24,401 bases of DNA from a virus (Duplodnaviria; Caudoviricetes): positions 1 through 24,401 of the IMG/VR virus record IMGVR_UViG_3300023218_000014, one strand, 5' to 3'. This document shows positions 24,108-24,401 of this stretch, in pieces. The first letter of the stretch is position 1. Each line of letters begins with the position of its first letter. Position numbers and translations under genes: made by a program. Below the pieces are notes generated by a model, which ran no database searches, was not told the origin of the DNA, and saw nothing but the letters and a program-made list of their open reading frames with translations.

Positions 24108-24401
24108 CTAGACGCTCTTCTGGAGGCTTATCTGATGAGGCCGCTTAGGGCCTACCGAGATACGCCACCCGTCCGCATACACATAGGGGCGGGTATCGTC
24201 GATAAACGATTTGGTCAGACAGGATCTTAGCGTCCGCTCGGCCCGGTTGGCGTAGCCCGCGTCTTCCAATTCCCATATCAGCCGGCCGGCCCACTCGGCC
24301 TTATCGGGATCTGAGTCGAGGGCGGTGTTGGGCAGTTTCGAGATCCGTTCCGCTAGACTCGAGATCGTGTACGGCCGGGCGTGCTCGCCGAACTCCTCTT
24401 T
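24108..24401 (-). CDS. 3' end of an upstream gene (partial, function unknown)
   Basis: Minus-strand frame open from the window edge for 97 codons (KEEFGEHARPYTISSLAERI...HQISLQKSV*), TAG at 24108-24110. Confidence 0.6.
   Translation of the reverse strand, partial: KEEFGEHARPYTISSLAERISKLPNTALDSDPDKAEWAGRLIWELEDAGYANRAERTLRSCLTKSFIDDTRPYVYADGWRISVGPKRPHQISLQKSV

Noticed and set aside
2268-24110. Genome-wide stop-codon reassignment (many genes end in TAG)
   Set aside because: Conserved proteins are full length under the standard code and TAG falls at the expected C-termini.

Overview
A 24.4 kb piece of a tailed dsDNA phage genome (siphovirus-like; host probably a Gram-negative proteobacterium, most likely alphaproteobacterial), made of two convergent arms that meet at 9906/9908. 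The + arm carries the end of the tape-measure gene, a GTA-type tail-tip module (DUF2460 distal tail, DUF2163/BR0599 hub, large tail-tip protein), three putative fibre/adsorption genes (one is a 17-aa repeat protein) and a lysis cassette (amidase-SH3 endolysin, holin, overlapping Rz/Rz1 spanins, one extra membrane protein). The - arm is a replication and nucleotide-metabolism module: dCMP deaminase, SNF2 helicase, DUF2800 nuclease, DUF2815 SSB, family A DNA polymerase (Leu762 type), RuvC-like resolvase, T5 A1-like metallophosphoesterase, HD deoxynucleotidase, DUF5664 dNTP diphosphohydrolase, class II ribonucleotide reductase, a degenerate MazG-like protein and DUF4326. Four sigma70-like promoters and two terminator hairpins are visible. 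Most notable: (i) tandem NrdR-box-like sites plus a promoter embedded in a terminator hairpin upstream of the phage nrdJ; (ii) a dense dNTP-pool remodelling cluster that includes an apparently inactivated MazG-like protein; (iii) a remodelled GTA-type tail tip with nested carbohydrate-binding-like insertions in the hub, no NlpC/P60 gene and no GTA TIM-barrel domain. All family assignments come from recognising motifs by eye, not from database searches.
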